A program made the position numbers and the translations under genes. The notes under the pieces are model-generated. The model was not told the DNA's origin. It ran no database searches and was given only the letters and a program-made list of their open reading frames with translations. Positions 63,895 to 64,000 of a stretch of 64,000 bases of DNA are shown in pieces. Each line of letters begins with the position of its first letter. Positions within the stretch are counted from its first letter, which is position 1. The DNA comes from Octopus vulgaris (lineage: Eukaryota), in contig OX597822.1 of the NCBI GenBank assembly GCA_951406725.2, positions 28,396,001 through 28,460,000 on the forward strand, read 5' to 3'.

Positions 63895-64000
63895 TTTTAT
63901 TTTTTTATTGCCCACAAGGGGCTAAACATAGAGGGGACAAACAAGGGCAGACAAAGGGATTAAGTCGATTACATCGACCCCAGTGTGTATCTGGTACTTA
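63895..64000 (-). mobile_element. 3' end of a SINE (family 2-related), runs off window
   Basis: Minus strand TAAGTACCAG..ACACTGGGGTCGATGTAATCGAC matches family 2 3' blocks. Confidence 0.6.

Overview
AT-rich, microsatellite-dense eukaryotic DNA; the SINE/LINE repertoire points to a cephalopod, most likely Octopus (inference). The main genic content is a co-oriented tandem cluster of five intact single-coding-exon GPCR paralogues (26895-62150, + strand, 642-670 aa) plus a 3' remnant of a sixth. Each has a signal peptide, a somatomedin-B-like Cys knot, two RNxxCAxCxG Cys-rich repeats, no recognisable GAIN/GPS site and a class B (Methuselah-like) 7TM. The paralogues are sequence mosaics of each other, share a hypervariable ectodomain loop whose changes are almost all amino-acid-altering, lose cysteines in pairs, and each sits behind a conserved splice-acceptor-like motif. 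The first 18 kb holds five 5'-truncated R4/Dong-type (RT + restriction-like endonuclease) retrotransposons, all on the minus strand and bordered by (TAA)n; four are stacked head-to-tail. Several minimal hammerhead-ribozyme motifs lie in direct or inverted Penelope-type repeats. Also present: a decayed Penelope-like element, an internally deleted mariner, RTE/CR1/Hero-like fragments, MITE-like elements and many tRNA-type SINEs. Most short ORFs in the track are microsatellite artefacts. All alignments and counts were made by eye; repeat boundaries are approximate.
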